From positions 3,195 through 67,194 of the forward strand of contig CAZOXU010000009.1 in NCBI GenBank assembly GCA_964583975.1: 64,000 nucleotides of DNA. Reading direction: 5' to 3'. How positions within the stretch are numbered: the stretch's first letter is position 1; the number at the start of each line of letters is the position of its first letter. The translations under genes and the position numbers were made by a program. The stretch is from an uncultured Planctomycetales bacterium. Lineage in GTDB: Bacteria; Omnitrophota; Gorgyraeia; Zapsychrales; Fredricksoniimonadaceae. Positions 46,225 to 55,948 of this stretch are shown here, piece after piece. The notes under the pieces are model-generated. The model made no database searches, was not told the origin of the DNA, and saw only the letters and a program-made list of their open reading frames with translations.

Positions 46225-47880
46225 TTGAAAAGACCATTCAGGTTTCTGTGTATTTTATCGATGGTTTTTGCTGTTTTTCTGCACCAATCCCCATTGCATG
46301 CTTTAGACGCTGCAATGCCTCTCGAATCGAAGAAAATATCTTTAGACTACAAGAATGCTGAATTGACCGATGTGCTCAAAGCCATGTCTTATTCTTACAA
46401 TCTTAATATCGTGGTGGCTAAGGACATTACCGGCAAAGTATCAGCCCAATTAAAAGACGTGACCGCTGAAGAAGCTTTAAATGCTATTTTGACCGGCAGC
46501 AGTTATGCCTATATGCGTAAAGGTGACATTATTTACGTCCAGTCTAAAGAAGAGATGGATCTGGTGACGGAAACCCTCGTTTTGAATTATATTCCCCTCG
46601 AACAAGCCCAAACGTTATTAAGTGGTGCTATCACTCGATTAAAAGCTAACATTCAGGTCAATAAAGATGCCAATGCTTTGGTGGTGACAACCAATCCAGG
46701 AGATTTAGAAAAATTAAAAGTGATTTTGCAGGGCATTGACGTTCCTCCGATTCAGGTCTTAATTGAAGCCCAGATCGTCGATATTAATAGATCTGATATT
46801 CAACAGATTGATAGCGCTGTTAGTCTGATTTATTCAGCTAATCAAGTGGGAGGGACGTTCTCCAAATTTAGTCCCAACGTTACAGCAGGATCTGCCTCTA
46901 ATACAGCAGCGACAAGCACATCTAACACTTCATCTTCATCCACATCTTCCACTTCAGGAGATCAGGGTGTGTTTTCTTTTGCTAATAACAATTATTCTCA
47001 AATGTCTATTACAGCCTTAGTTAATCAACATAAAGCACGTGTTATCGCTTCTCCGTCGATTGCAACTCTTAATGGCCATGAAGCTAGCATTGTGATTGGG
47101 GAGAAATATCCTGTTGTGACCTCAACGTCTTCGGCTGGAGGGACGGGTGGCAGCATTGTCAATCAAACTACCACATCTTATATCGATATTGGAACCAAGC
47201 TTAAAGTCACTCCTCGCGTTTCACCAGATGGTTGGATTACTATGAAAATTGAACCCGAAGTTTCTTCCGTGTTAGGTGTAACGTCCAATGGAAATCCTAA
47301 CATTGCGACCCGTTCAGCCAATACAGAGGTTCGGGTGAGAGATAATGAAACGATCGTGATAGGGGGCCTAAAAAGTAAAAGTGATTTGCGAGATAAAAAT
47401 GGTATTCCAGGCTTAAAAGATATCCCCATTCTTGGAGCTTTATTTCAAAGTCATAATAAATCCTTGGTTGACGGGGAATTGACTGTTTTAATTACACCAC
47501 ATGTCATCCCTATGGTCCATCCAGAGAAAGCAAAAAATCCTCCACCAAGGAAAGTTATGACAGGTGAAGATAGCGTACTGGTCCATAACATCTTGAATTA
47601 TATTGATACTCTCGAGGCAGATAGGTCTAAGGATCGGGCTAAAAATCTTTACCTAAGCGGGGAACAAATTAAAGCTTACAGAATGCTTTTGCAGGAATTT
47701 CCTGCTTCGGGTAAAGGAGATTATTGCCTTTATAGAATTGCTTTGAAATATGCTAAGGACTTTGGTAATTGCAAGGCAGCTAAAGAAACTTTTGCGGAGT
47801 TACAGGAGTTGTTTCCCACAAGTTCTTTTATTCCTGTGACAGAATCTTTGGTCGATGCTTGTACAGCTGTGCAGCTTTAA
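46225..47880 (+). CDS. pilQ: Type IV pilus secretin PilQ-like (TTG start)
   Basis: Signal peptide, N-terminal secretin-N domains, an S/T-rich linker, and a C-terminal secretin domain (ATLNGHEASIVIGEKYPV..., GGLKSK...IPILGALF). Confidence 0.8.
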   Translation: MKRPFRFLCILSMVFAVFLHQSPLHALDAAMPLESKKISLDYKNAELTDVLKAMSYSYNLNIVVAKDITGKVSAQLKDVTAEEALNAILTGSSYAYMRKGDIIYVQSKEEMDLVTETLVLNYIPLEQAQTLLSGAITRLKANIQVNKDANALVVTTNPGDLEKLKVILQGIDVPPIQVLIEAQIVDINRSDIQQIDSAVSLIYSANQVGGTFSKFSPNVTAGSASNTAATSTSNTSSSSTSSTSGDQGVFSFANNNYSQMSITALVNQHKARVIASPSIATLNGHEASIVIGEKYPVVTSTSSAGGTGGSIVNQTTTSYIDIGTKLKVTPRVSPDGWITMKIEPEVSSVLGVTSNGNPNIATRSANTEVRVRDNETIVIGGLKSKSDLRDKNGIPGLKDIPILGALFQSHNKSLVDGELTVLITPHVIPMVHPEKAKNPPPRKVMTGEDSVLVHNILNYIDTLEADRSKDRAKNLYLSGEQIKAYRMLLQEFPASGKGDYCLYRIALKYAKDFGNCKAAKETFAELQELFPTSSFIPVTESLVDACTAVQL

Positions 47881-47919
47881 GTAATGACTCTATAACGTAG
47901 AAACCCTAGAAAGATTTTT

Positions 47920-48297
47920 ATGACCGATCAAGTAAAGAAAAAGGTGCTGGTTGTTGATGATGATCCCATGATTGTGACTTTAATGGTTAAAACGTTAGAG
48001 TCTCTAGGTTTTGAAGTGCTAAAAGGGACTAATGGGGTCGAAGCATTAGCGATAGTTAAACAAACAATTCCTGATTTAATCATCCTTGATCAAATGATGC
48101 CTAAAATGGATGGTATAAAAGCCTGCGCTCTGCTCAAAGCAGATAAACGATATTTAAATATCCCGATCATTATGTTTACAGCCAGCGCCGATGAAGCTGA
48201 TAAGCAACTTAGTAAGCAGATGGGCGCCAATGAGTATTGTAATAAGCCTTTAAATGTGGCTGAGCTAAAACAAAAAATCGAACTATTGCTTAAATAA
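47920..48297 (+). CDS. Single-domain response regulator (PilH/PilG-like) within the pilus operon
   Basis: VVDDDP...IILDQMMPKMDG receiver motifs. Confidence 0.7.
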   Translation: MTDQVKKKVLVVDDDPMIVTLMVKTLESLGFEVLKGTNGVEALAIVKQTIPDLIILDQMMPKMDGIKACALLKADKRYLNIPIIMFTASADEADKQLSKQMGANEYCNKPLNVAELKQKIELLLK

Positions 48298-48308
48298 ACA
48301 AAATCGTT

Positions 48309-49934
48309 ATGAGTAATTACGTTAAAAAATCGATGGGAGAGTTATTGTTGGAAAAAGGCTACATCTCCGGGGCCCAATGGGAAGAGGTGCGTAGCGAACA
48401 ACAAAAAACCGGAGAATCGATTTTTAGAATATTGCCAAGACTAGGATTTATTACACAAGAAACCATGGTTGATTTTATTGCCGAACAAAGCGGGGTTACT
48501 CGACTTGATTTAGCTAGTATGATCATTGACCCTAAAACTGTTGAACTAGTACCTGAAGAGATGGCCCGCAAGCATCTGGTCATTCCTGTTTTAAAAATAG
48601 GAGGTTCTTTAACATGTGCCATGGTCGATGTTTTTAACATTTATATGCAAGATGAGTTAGCAGCAAAAACAGGTTTAACGATCGATCCGGCTATTGCTAC
48701 TGAGAATGAAATTACCAAAGCCATTAATCAGTTATACACAGTTAAAGGTGATGTGCAGGATATCATCAAATCTTTTGATGAAGCCAAATCTGAGAATAAT
48801 CAGACTGATGATGCTGAAGTTCATCGTTTGCAGGTGACTGGCGGGCAAGACGATGCTCCCGTGGTTAAATTTGTCAATTTGATGATTGTTCAGGCCGTTT
48901 CGGATGGTGCTTCCGATATTCATATTGAACCCGAAGAAAATACATTAGCCATCCGATTTCGTGTTGATGGGGTTTTACGTAAACAGACAGCTCCACCTAA
49001 GCAATTTCAAGCTGCGCTGATTTCTCGTATTAAGATTTTGGCTAAACTCGACATTTCTGAAACGCGTAAACCGCAAGATGGACGCATTCAAATTAAAATG
49101 GAAAATAAACGTGTCGACATTCGTGTGTCTTGTTTGCCGACGGTTTATGGGGAAAATCTTGTCTTAAGACTTTTGGATACCAGTAATATTCTCATCGGTC
49201 TTGAACAAATTGGTTTTGAGAAAGAAATTTTAGAGAAATATAAAAGTCTTTTGTTTAGACCTAATGGGATTGTGTTGGTGACGGGTCCTACAGGAAGTGG
49301 AAAAACAACAACCCTGTATTCATCTTTAAGTACCATCAATGATCCGAGCAAGTCCATTGTCACGATTGAAGATCCGGTGGAATACCGTTTACCTGGGATT
49401 CGCCAAACCCAGGTCAATCCAAAGGTTGATTTGACCTTTGCTAATGGATTGCGTTCTATTCTTAGACAAGATCCCAATGTAATCATGGTCGGGGAAATTC
49501 GTGACGTAGATACAGCGCAAATTGCCATTCAAGCTGCGTTAACAGGACACCTTGTATTAGCAACGCTGCATACTAATAATGCGGCCGGTGCTGTGACCCG
49601 TCTTTTGGATATTGGGGTAGAACCATTTTTATTGGCTTCCTCGATCATTGGAGTTTTAGCTCAACGTTTGGTGCGTTTAAAGTGTAAAGACTGTGCCGGT
49701 AAAGGTTGTAAAACTTGCGGTGAAACAGGCTATAAGGGCCGAACCAGCATTTTTGAATTACTTGTTTTTAATGAACAAATACGCGCTTTGACTTTAAAGA
49801 AAGCTTCGGCAGATGAAATTCACCGTTTGGCGGTTTCCGAAGGAATGAAAAGTATGCGCGATAATGGTATGGATAAGGTGGCTAAAGGACTTACAACCCA
49901 GGAAGAAATTATTAGGGTTACCCAATTAGAATAA
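48309..49934 (+). CDS. pilB: Type IV pilus assembly ATPase PilB (GspE family)
   Basis: N-terminal GSPII domain, Walker A GPTGSGKTTT, a tetracysteine motif (CKDCAGKGCKTC) and Asp/His boxes. Confidence 0.85.
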   Translation: MSNYVKKSMGELLLEKGYISGAQWEEVRSEQQKTGESIFRILPRLGFITQETMVDFIAEQSGVTRLDLASMIIDPKTVELVPEEMARKHLVIPVLKIGGSLTCAMVDVFNIYMQDELAAKTGLTIDPAIATENEITKAINQLYTVKGDVQDIIKSFDEAKSENNQTDDAEVHRLQVTGGQDDAPVVKFVNLMIVQAVSDGASDIHIEPEENTLAIRFRVDGVLRKQTAPPKQFQAALISRIKILAKLDISETRKPQDGRIQIKMENKRVDIRVSCLPTVYGENLVLRLLDTSNILIGLEQIGFEKEILEKYKSLLFRPNGIVLVTGPTGSGKTTTLYSSLSTINDPSKSIVTIEDPVEYRLPGIRQTQVNPKVDLTFANGLRSILRQDPNVIMVGEIRDVDTAQIAIQAALTGHLVLATLHTNNAAGAVTRLLDIGVEPFLLASSIIGVLAQRLVRLKCKDCAGKGCKTCGETGYKGRTSIFELLVFNEQIRALTLKKASADEIHRLAVSEGMKSMRDNGMDKVAKGLTTQEEIIRVTQLE

Positions 49935-49941
49935 TTTAACC

Positions 49942-51201
49942 ATGAGCAAATATTCTTATAAAGCCAGAAATAATGAAGGTCAGTCGGTCACAGGGATATT
50001 GGAAGCGACTTCTGAGCAAGAGGCTCTTTTTCAGTTAGGAAAGATGCAGTACACTCCTATTTCTATTGTACTTAACGAAACAGCTGCAGCATCTGGTAAA
50101 GAGCAGTCTAAGGGTTTTTGGGATTTTTCTTTTAGTTCTTTTGGTACTGAAACAAAGGTCAGCGTTAAAGATGTTATGGCGTTTTGTTCTAATCTTTCAA
50201 GTATGACGTCTGCCGGGGTACCGTTGTTGGGGGCGATCACAACCATTGCCGAGCAATTTCAAAATCCAACGATGACTAAGACTTTACGTAAGGTTGCTCA
50301 ATTAGTCTCGCAGGGATCTTCCTTCTCAGAGGCCTTGGCCATTTTCCCAAAAGTTTTTTCACCTTTCTTTGTCAGCATGGTGAAGGTAGGGGAAATGTCA
50401 GGTACCTTGGAAGAAACACTCAACGCTTTAAGTGTTTATTTGGAGAAACAAGAGCGTCTAAGACAAACAGTCCGAGGTATCTTAATTTATCCTTCTATTT
50501 TATTAGTGGTGGGAACAGCAGTCGTGGTTTTGATCGTAGTCTTTTTAATGCCTAAATTTGTGGATATCTTTACTAAAGCCGGTGTAGAGCTTCCTATTCC
50601 TACCAAAATGCTTTATGCTTTAAGTCTTTTTTTAAAGATGTATTGGATATGGACTGTTCTTACGATAGCTGCTTTGGTTTTTGGGATTAGAATGTCTTTT
50701 ATGAAAGAAAAAACGCGGGCACTGTGGGACCGTTTATTTATAAAATTGCCTTTGGTTGGAAGTCTTTTGATCAAAGTTCAGGTGGCCCGTTTTTGTAGAA
50801 CTTTAGGGATCATGGTGAATTCAGGGGTTTCTATTTTGGTCGCTTTGAACATGGTTAGACAAGTTTTAAGTAATGTTGTCTTTGTTGAAATTTTAAAAGA
50901 AGTTTATGATAGTGTGGAAAAAGGCGAAGGGATCCACAAGCCATTAATTCCTCGCAAAGAGATCCCCAAAGATGTGACCTATATGATCTCTGTAGGTGAA
51001 CAATCTGGTAATATTGGTCAAATGCTGAACAAAATAGCTGATTTTTATGAATCTAAGGTGGAATTTGAAGTTAAAGATCTTGTTACTTTGATTGAACCAA
51101 TATTTATTTGTATTTTAGGTGCTGTAGTTGGGGTTATTATGGCTTCCATGATTTTACCAATGTTTGACATGATTAAAACGATCGAAATGAAACATCATTA
51201 A
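49942..51201 (+). CDS. pilC: Type IV pilus inner-membrane platform protein PilC (GspF family)
   Basis: Two GspF repeats. About 419 aa with 3-4 TM. Confidence 0.8.
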   Translation: MSKYSYKARNNEGQSVTGILEATSEQEALFQLGKMQYTPISIVLNETAAASGKEQSKGFWDFSFSSFGTETKVSVKDVMAFCSNLSSMTSAGVPLLGAITTIAEQFQNPTMTKTLRKVAQLVSQGSSFSEALAIFPKVFSPFFVSMVKVGEMSGTLEETLNALSVYLEKQERLRQTVRGILIYPSILLVVGTAVVVLIVVFLMPKFVDIFTKAGVELPIPTKMLYALSLFLKMYWIWTVLTIAALVFGIRMSFMKEKTRALWDRLFIKLPLVGSLLIKVQVARFCRTLGIMVNSGVSILVALNMVRQVLSNVVFVEILKEVYDSVEKGEGIHKPLIPRKEIPKDVTYMISVGEQSGNIGQMLNKIADFYESKVEFEVKDLVTLIEPIFICILGAVVGVIMASMILPMFDMIKTIEMKHH

Positions 51202-51234
51202 ACCAAGAGTTTACAAAAAACAAAAGGAGATAAA

Positions 51235-51675
51235 ATGAAAAAAGGTTTTACTATATTGGAATTGTTGGTTGTTGTGTCGGTGTTGGTTATCCTGATTGGC
51301 ATAGCCATTCCAAGATTCAAGGGTATGCAAGATGCTGCAAGGGTAGCTCAGGCCAAGGGTGAATTACAAACCATGCAGTCTGCTGTTGAAACATATTATA
51401 TGAATGTGACACCAAAGGCTTACCCAGTAAACAGTGCAACGGTGGGTGCAAGCGTGTTATCTACAGCAACGCCACAGGTTATCACCACAACTCCTCCGTA
51501 TGATCCGTTTGCGGCAGCGAATGTGGAATACAATTACAAAGTAGCAGCTGACGGTAAGTACTATGTGCTTAGTTCTGTGGGAGCAGCTGGTACTGGTACA
51601 ACGAGTATTGTCAGTGGTGGGACAGTTACGATTGCTAACAATGCTTTATGTGTAACTAATGGTGGTGGTTGTTAA
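51235..51675 (+). CDS. pilA: Type IV (major) pilin, copy 1
   Basis: Prepilin leader MKKG/FTILELLVV (G-1, F+1, E+5). C-terminal disulfide loop CVTNGGGC. Confidence 0.8.
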   Translation: MKKGFTILELLVVVSVLVILIGIAIPRFKGMQDAARVAQAKGELQTMQSAVETYYMNVTPKAYPVNSATVGASVLSTATPQVITTTPPYDPFAAANVEYNYKVAADGKYYVLSSVGAAGTGTTSIVSGGTVTIANNALCVTNGGGC

Positions 51676-51701
51676 CTTTAATATTATTAACGGAGGATAA
51701 A

Positions 51702-52142
51702 ATGAAAAAAGGTTTTACTATATTGGAATTGTTGGTTGTTGTATCGGTGTTGGTTATCCTGATTGGTATAGCCATTCCAAGATTCAAAGGTATGCAAGAT
51801 GCTGCAAGGGTAGCTCAGGCCAAGGGTGAATTACAAACCATGCAGTCTGCTGTTGAAACATATTATATGAATGTGACACCAAAGGCTTACCCAGTAAACA
51901 GTGCAACGGTGGGTGCAAGTTTGTTATCAACCGCAACACCACAGGTTATCACCACAATTCCTCCGTATGATCCGTTTGCGGCATCGAATGTGGAATACAA
52001 CTACAAGAGATCTGCAGATGGTTATTATTATGTTCTAACTTCTGTTGGAGCAAGCGGCAATGGAACAACAACAATTGTCAGTGGTGGGACAGTTACGATT
52101 AGTAATAATGCTTTATGTGTAACTAATGGCGGTGGTTGTTAA
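51702..52142 (+). CDS. pilA: Type IV (major) pilin, copy 2. Tandem near-identical paralog.
   Basis: Same leader and ~90% identical to copy 1; differences cluster in the C-terminal half. Own GGAGGA RBS. I moved the start from 51669 to the MKKGF Met. Confidence 0.8.
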   Translation: MKKGFTILELLVVVSVLVILIGIAIPRFKGMQDAARVAQAKGELQTMQSAVETYYMNVTPKAYPVNSATVGASLLSTATPQVITTIPPYDPFAASNVEYNYKRSADGYYYVLTSVGASGNGTTTIVSGGTVTISNNALCVTNGGGC

Positions 52143-52151
52143 GCAAGGACA

Positions 52152-52523
52152 ATGAAAATTAGAAAAATTTTCAAAAGCAGAGGCTTTACTCTCTTGGAAA
52201 TTGTACTTTCCACCGTTCTCATTACGATTGGTGTGACTGCAGTTGTTCGAGTTATTTCAACAGGCATTTATACAGACAATGCTAGTGAAGGGAAAATCAT
52301 CGCGTTAAATTATGCCGTACAGAAGATGGAAGACCTATTAAATACTTCTTATAGTAGTCTTTCTTCTAGTTCAGATACGCCTACCACAGGTTTTACAAGA
52401 ACTTGGACAATCACTGATAATACAAATTATAAGACGCTCAAGGTGACAGTCAGTTGGTATTATAAAAGAGTTCAAATGTCGGTTAATTTAGCGAGCTATC
52501 TTGCCAATGTTACTACTTCCTAA
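52152..52523 (+). CDS. Minor (pseudo)pilin, PilV/PilE-like
   Basis: Leader ...KSRG/FTLLEIVL. Confidence 0.65.
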   Translation: MKIRKIFKSRGFTLLEIVLSTVLITIGVTAVVRVISTGIYTDNASEGKIIALNYAVQKMEDLLNTSYSSLSSSSDTPTTGFTRTWTITDNTNYKTLKVTVSWYYKRVQMSVNLASYLANVTTS

Positions 52524-54738
52524 TCGAATAAGAAACAAAGTAGGCTTTTCCTTGGTTGAAATTGTGGTGGTTATGGGTATGCTGGTTTTTTTAACAGTGT
52601 CCATAACCAAGGTTTTTACAGGGACCTTCCGAGCTTTTGGTTTTAGCCAAGACCGCGCTCAAGCAACTAATCGCATCTCCCTAGCATTTCAGAAAATGGT
52701 AGATGAACTCCAGCAGTCAGATGGAATTAAGTCCTGTGATGGTTTAAGTGTTACATTCTCCTTGGCAGGTTCTTTTTATAAATATCAAGTAAGCTCAAAT
52801 CAATTACAAAGAATAGATCCTAACAATAGAAAAGAAATATTAGTTAACTATGTGAAAACTCCTGGTTCTGGCGGGGCATATTCTTTGCCATGGTTGTGTT
52901 CAGGAGGAACGGTAAGGATTGATTTGACTACCTATAATCCTGCTTTTAGTTCAACCTTGACAACTAATAATACATCACATTTTGTAACTACTGTTACACC
53001 TAGAGGAATTCCTTATGGTTTAGTGTATTGGTGGAAGTTAAATGAAGGCACAGATACAACACTTTATGATTTAGGTGGCAGATACCCAAGTGGGAATATG
53101 GATGGTATTCCAGCATATTTAACGGGTGATTCTGGGGGACCCGCTTGGACTACGGGGATAGCAAATGGGGCTTTAACTTTTACAGCATCTAATAATGACT
53201 ATCTTTATTTGAATGAACCTATTGGGGGTTATGGAGAGCTTAATGGGCATAATTCTTGGACTGTAAGTTTTTGGTTTAAGGCGACTACTCTTAAAGCATA
53301 TGCTAGTGGGCAATCTCCAGGAATGTTCATTGCTTCTAGAGGAGCGCCAGCGGGAATATTTATATCCACAGATAATTGGATATATCGGGGTGCAGATGAT
53401 GCGGATAATACAGTCGCAACAACGACAAGTGTGGGCTGTTGGTATCATTTGGCTATGAGCTTTGATGCTTCATCTGGTAGTGTGATGGTTTATAAGAATG
53501 GCGATCTTTTAGGTACCATCACCCATCAGGATTCATTGGAAAATAGTGGGTATTATTTCGATACCATTGGAACTGATTATACGAACTATTTTAATGGAGT
53601 TATGGATGATATACGTTTTTATAATTATGTTTTAAGTAATGATGAGATAGCCAAGCTATCTCGATACTTGCCCTATTATAGTTCTTCGGCCCTTGCTATT
53701 GCTGATATTTATACAGATGCTAATAATTGCGGAGCTATCGGCACCGTCTGTGCAGGGGGTACTTCATGCTATAGCGGAAAATGTTGTACAACAGGTTACA
53801 CCAATTGCAGCACTACTGGTGGACTCTGTGGAACTTGCTATTCGATGGCTAGCAGCTCCACTAATTGTGGTAATTGTGGCAACGCTTGTGCGGGAGGTAA
53901 AAGTTGTTCAGATGGGTATTGCTGTACTACAGGTTTGACCAATTGTTTCACGGGAGTAAATGCTTGTCAAAATTTGACCAATGATTCTAGTAATTGTGGA
54001 TCTTGCGGGAATGCTTGTGGGGTAGGAACTCCAACATGTTGTTCTTCTTCTTGTGTGAATACTACAACTAATTCAAGTAACTGTGGATCTTGTGGGAATG
54101 CTTGTACTTCAGGAACAACGCCTGCCTGTTGTAGCTCATCGTGTGTTGACGAATATGTGAATACAAGTAATTGTGGTGCATGTGGTACAACTTGTGGTGG
54201 GGGGACTCCATATTGTTGCCATGGATCGTGTAGTGCTCTGGCTCCTACAGGTACTGTCTGTACAGTAAATGGAGAATGTTGTAGTAACGTATGTTCATGT
54301 TTTACCTCTGGAACTAAGGTTTTACTGATTAATGGCAAAAAGATTGCCATTGAAAAACTTAAGGTGGGAGACGTATTGTTGGGTTCAAATAGAACTCATA
54401 ATAAAGTCATTCGACTAGACGTAAGACCTAAAGAAGTAAGAAAAATTTATTCTTTCAATGATGGGCGTTATTTTGTGACGGAAAATCATCCCTTTATGAC
54501 CAAAGAAGGATGGAAGGCCCTTAATCCTCAATTGGCCCAATTAGAACAAAGCCAGATTAAGATAGGTCAACTTAATATTGGAGATGAGATTGTAACCCAG
54601 AAAGGTTTTGTTAAACTTAAAAAGATTAAATTTAAAACTATAAATACAGTTGTGTACAATCCTCAATTAGATGGCAGTCATGATTATTATGCAGATGGTT
54701 TTTTAGTGCACAATAAAGGAGCTAAACATTGCACATAA
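52501..54738 (+). CDS. Large pilin-like protein: prepilin N-terminus, LamG/ConA-like domain, tandem Cys-rich modules, and a C-terminal Hint (intein/hedgehog-type) domain
   Basis: Leader ...NKVG/FSLVEIVVV. LamG signature ...DDIRFYNYVLSNDEIAKL. At least four repeats of NCGxCGNAC..G....CC..SC. Hint begins CFTSGTKVLLINGK..., has block-B-like VTENHPF, and ends GFLVHN plus 6 aa. Confidence 0.7.
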   Translation: MPMLLLPNRIRNKVGFSLVEIVVVMGMLVFLTVSITKVFTGTFRAFGFSQDRAQATNRISLAFQKMVDELQQSDGIKSCDGLSVTFSLAGSFYKYQVSSNQLQRIDPNNRKEILVNYVKTPGSGGAYSLPWLCSGGTVRIDLTTYNPAFSSTLTTNNTSHFVTTVTPRGIPYGLVYWWKLNEGTDTTLYDLGGRYPSGNMDGIPAYLTGDSGGPAWTTGIANGALTFTASNNDYLYLNEPIGGYGELNGHNSWTVSFWFKATTLKAYASGQSPGMFIASRGAPAGIFISTDNWIYRGADDADNTVATTTSVGCWYHLAMSFDASSGSVMVYKNGDLLGTITHQDSLENSGYYFDTIGTDYTNYFNGVMDDIRFYNYVLSNDEIAKLSRYLPYYSSSALAIADIYTDANNCGAIGTVCAGGTSCYSGKCCTTGYTNCSTTGGLCGTCYSMASSSTNCGNCGNACAGGKSCSDGYCCTTGLTNCFTGVNACQNLTNDSSNCGSCGNACGVGTPTCCSSSCVNTTTNSSNCGSCGNACTSGTTPACCSSSCVDEYVNTSNCGACGTTCGGGTPYCCHGSCSALAPTGTVCTVNGECCSNVCSCFTSGTKVLLINGKKIAIEKLKVGDVLLGSNRTHNKVIRLDVRPKEVRKIYSFNDGRYFVTENHPFMTKEGWKALNPQLAQLEQSQIKIGQLNIGDEIVTQKGFVKLKKIKFKTINTVVYNPQLDGSHDYYADGFLVHNKGAKHCT

Positions 54739-54753
54739 TATTTTAATATTAGT

Positions 54754-55947
54754 ATGAAGAAAATGGCTATTTTGCATAAAAATGGAATACTTTTAGTTTC
54801 GCTATCAATCATGATGACACTCATGACCTTGGCCATGGTTTTTATTCAAAGGGTTTTAGGGACAGCTAAAACAGCTCAGGCTGAGGTGGATCGAATACAA
54901 GCTTTATATGCAGCTGAAGCAGGCTTACAAAAAGCTATTTATTATCTTAACTATACAGCTCCAGATAGTACAATAGGAGGGTCATATAGAATTGGTACTG
55001 CTTCTAGTACGGCCTGTCCTTCAACAGGAGGATCAGCAGGTTTGTCAGAAACATTAACCATATCTACTGGCAATACAGCGACCTATACTATGTGCATTGA
55101 AAACTCAGGTTACAATGTTCAAATTACTTCAACAGGCACGGTCGTTAGCGGTATTAATGGAAATGTGAGCCGAACAGTTCAAGCTAAAACATCACAACCA
55201 CTTCTTGCAACAACCAGTGGGGGAGTCAATGCTGCCAATTTATTTGCACGTTGGGATTTGGCTTTGATAGTTCCTGGTTTAGGAACAACAGATGTTAGTG
55301 GTAATGGTTATACAGCATGGTTTGGGGGTAGTCCTACATCGTCTACAGCAGCATTAAATGATGGGGTAACACATAATACTTTAACTTTTGATTCAGCTGC
55401 GTATGCTTTGACCTACACACCAGCGATAAAAGGTTCATTTACAGTTACTGGATGGATCAAGCCAACAAATGCTTGCCTGGCAGGTGGAGCTGCAATTGGT
55501 TTTTTTGGAAATTCCTATGCAGCAAGTTCATTGGGGATGGGGTATCATCTAGTTTTTGATAATACAGTATTAGCTTTAAAGATTGAAGCCTCCAATGGAA
55601 CAACTTATTCTTGTTCAAAAAGTGTTGCAGCATGGAACAATACAACATGGTATCACTTTGCAGCAGTGTATGATAATACAATTCAGTATGGAACAATGTA
55701 TCTTAATGGTGTAGCTGGTACATCGGCGGCTATGAAGAATTCTTATCGCCATTCTTGGTATTATTATCTTGGTGTAGGTGTTTTTTGGGGTAATGATCCA
55801 GATACGCCATATACCAATAAGTTTTCTGGTTCTTTAGCAGATCTTCGAATTTATGATCGAGCTTTAAATGCGAATGAGATTGCACAAATCTATAATGGTT
55901 ATGGTTCATCTATCAAAATGTTAAAAGGATCGTTTAAGGAATTATAA
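54754..55947 (+). CDS. PilX-like minor pilin with a LamG/ConA-like lectin domain (putative tip adhesin)
   Basis: N-terminal hydrophobic pilin-like helix (HKNG/ILLVS...). C-terminal LamG signature SLADLRIYDRALNANEIAQIYNG. Confidence 0.6.
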   Translation: MKKMAILHKNGILLVSLSIMMTLMTLAMVFIQRVLGTAKTAQAEVDRIQALYAAEAGLQKAIYYLNYTAPDSTIGGSYRIGTASSTACPSTGGSAGLSETLTISTGNTATYTMCIENSGYNVQITSTGTVVSGINGNVSRTVQAKTSQPLLATTSGGVNAANLFARWDLALIVPGLGTTDVSGNGYTAWFGGSPTSSTAALNDGVTHNTLTFDSAAYALTYTPAIKGSFTVTGWIKPTNACLAGGAAIGFFGNSYAASSLGMGYHLVFDNTVLALKIEASNGTTYSCSKSVAAWNNTTWYHFAAVYDNTIQYGTMYLNGVAGTSAAMKNSYRHSWYYYLGVGVFWGNDPDTPYTNKFSGSLADLRIYDRALNANEIAQIYNGYGSSIKMLKGSFKEL

Positions 55948-55948
55948 T

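Noticed and set aside
46860-46990. Ser/Thr-rich low-complexity stretch inside pilQ as a separate repeat or mobile feature
   Set aside because: It is an in-frame linker within the secretin (SASNTAATSTSNTSSSSTSSTSG), common in secretin N-domain/gate junctions, and not an independent element.
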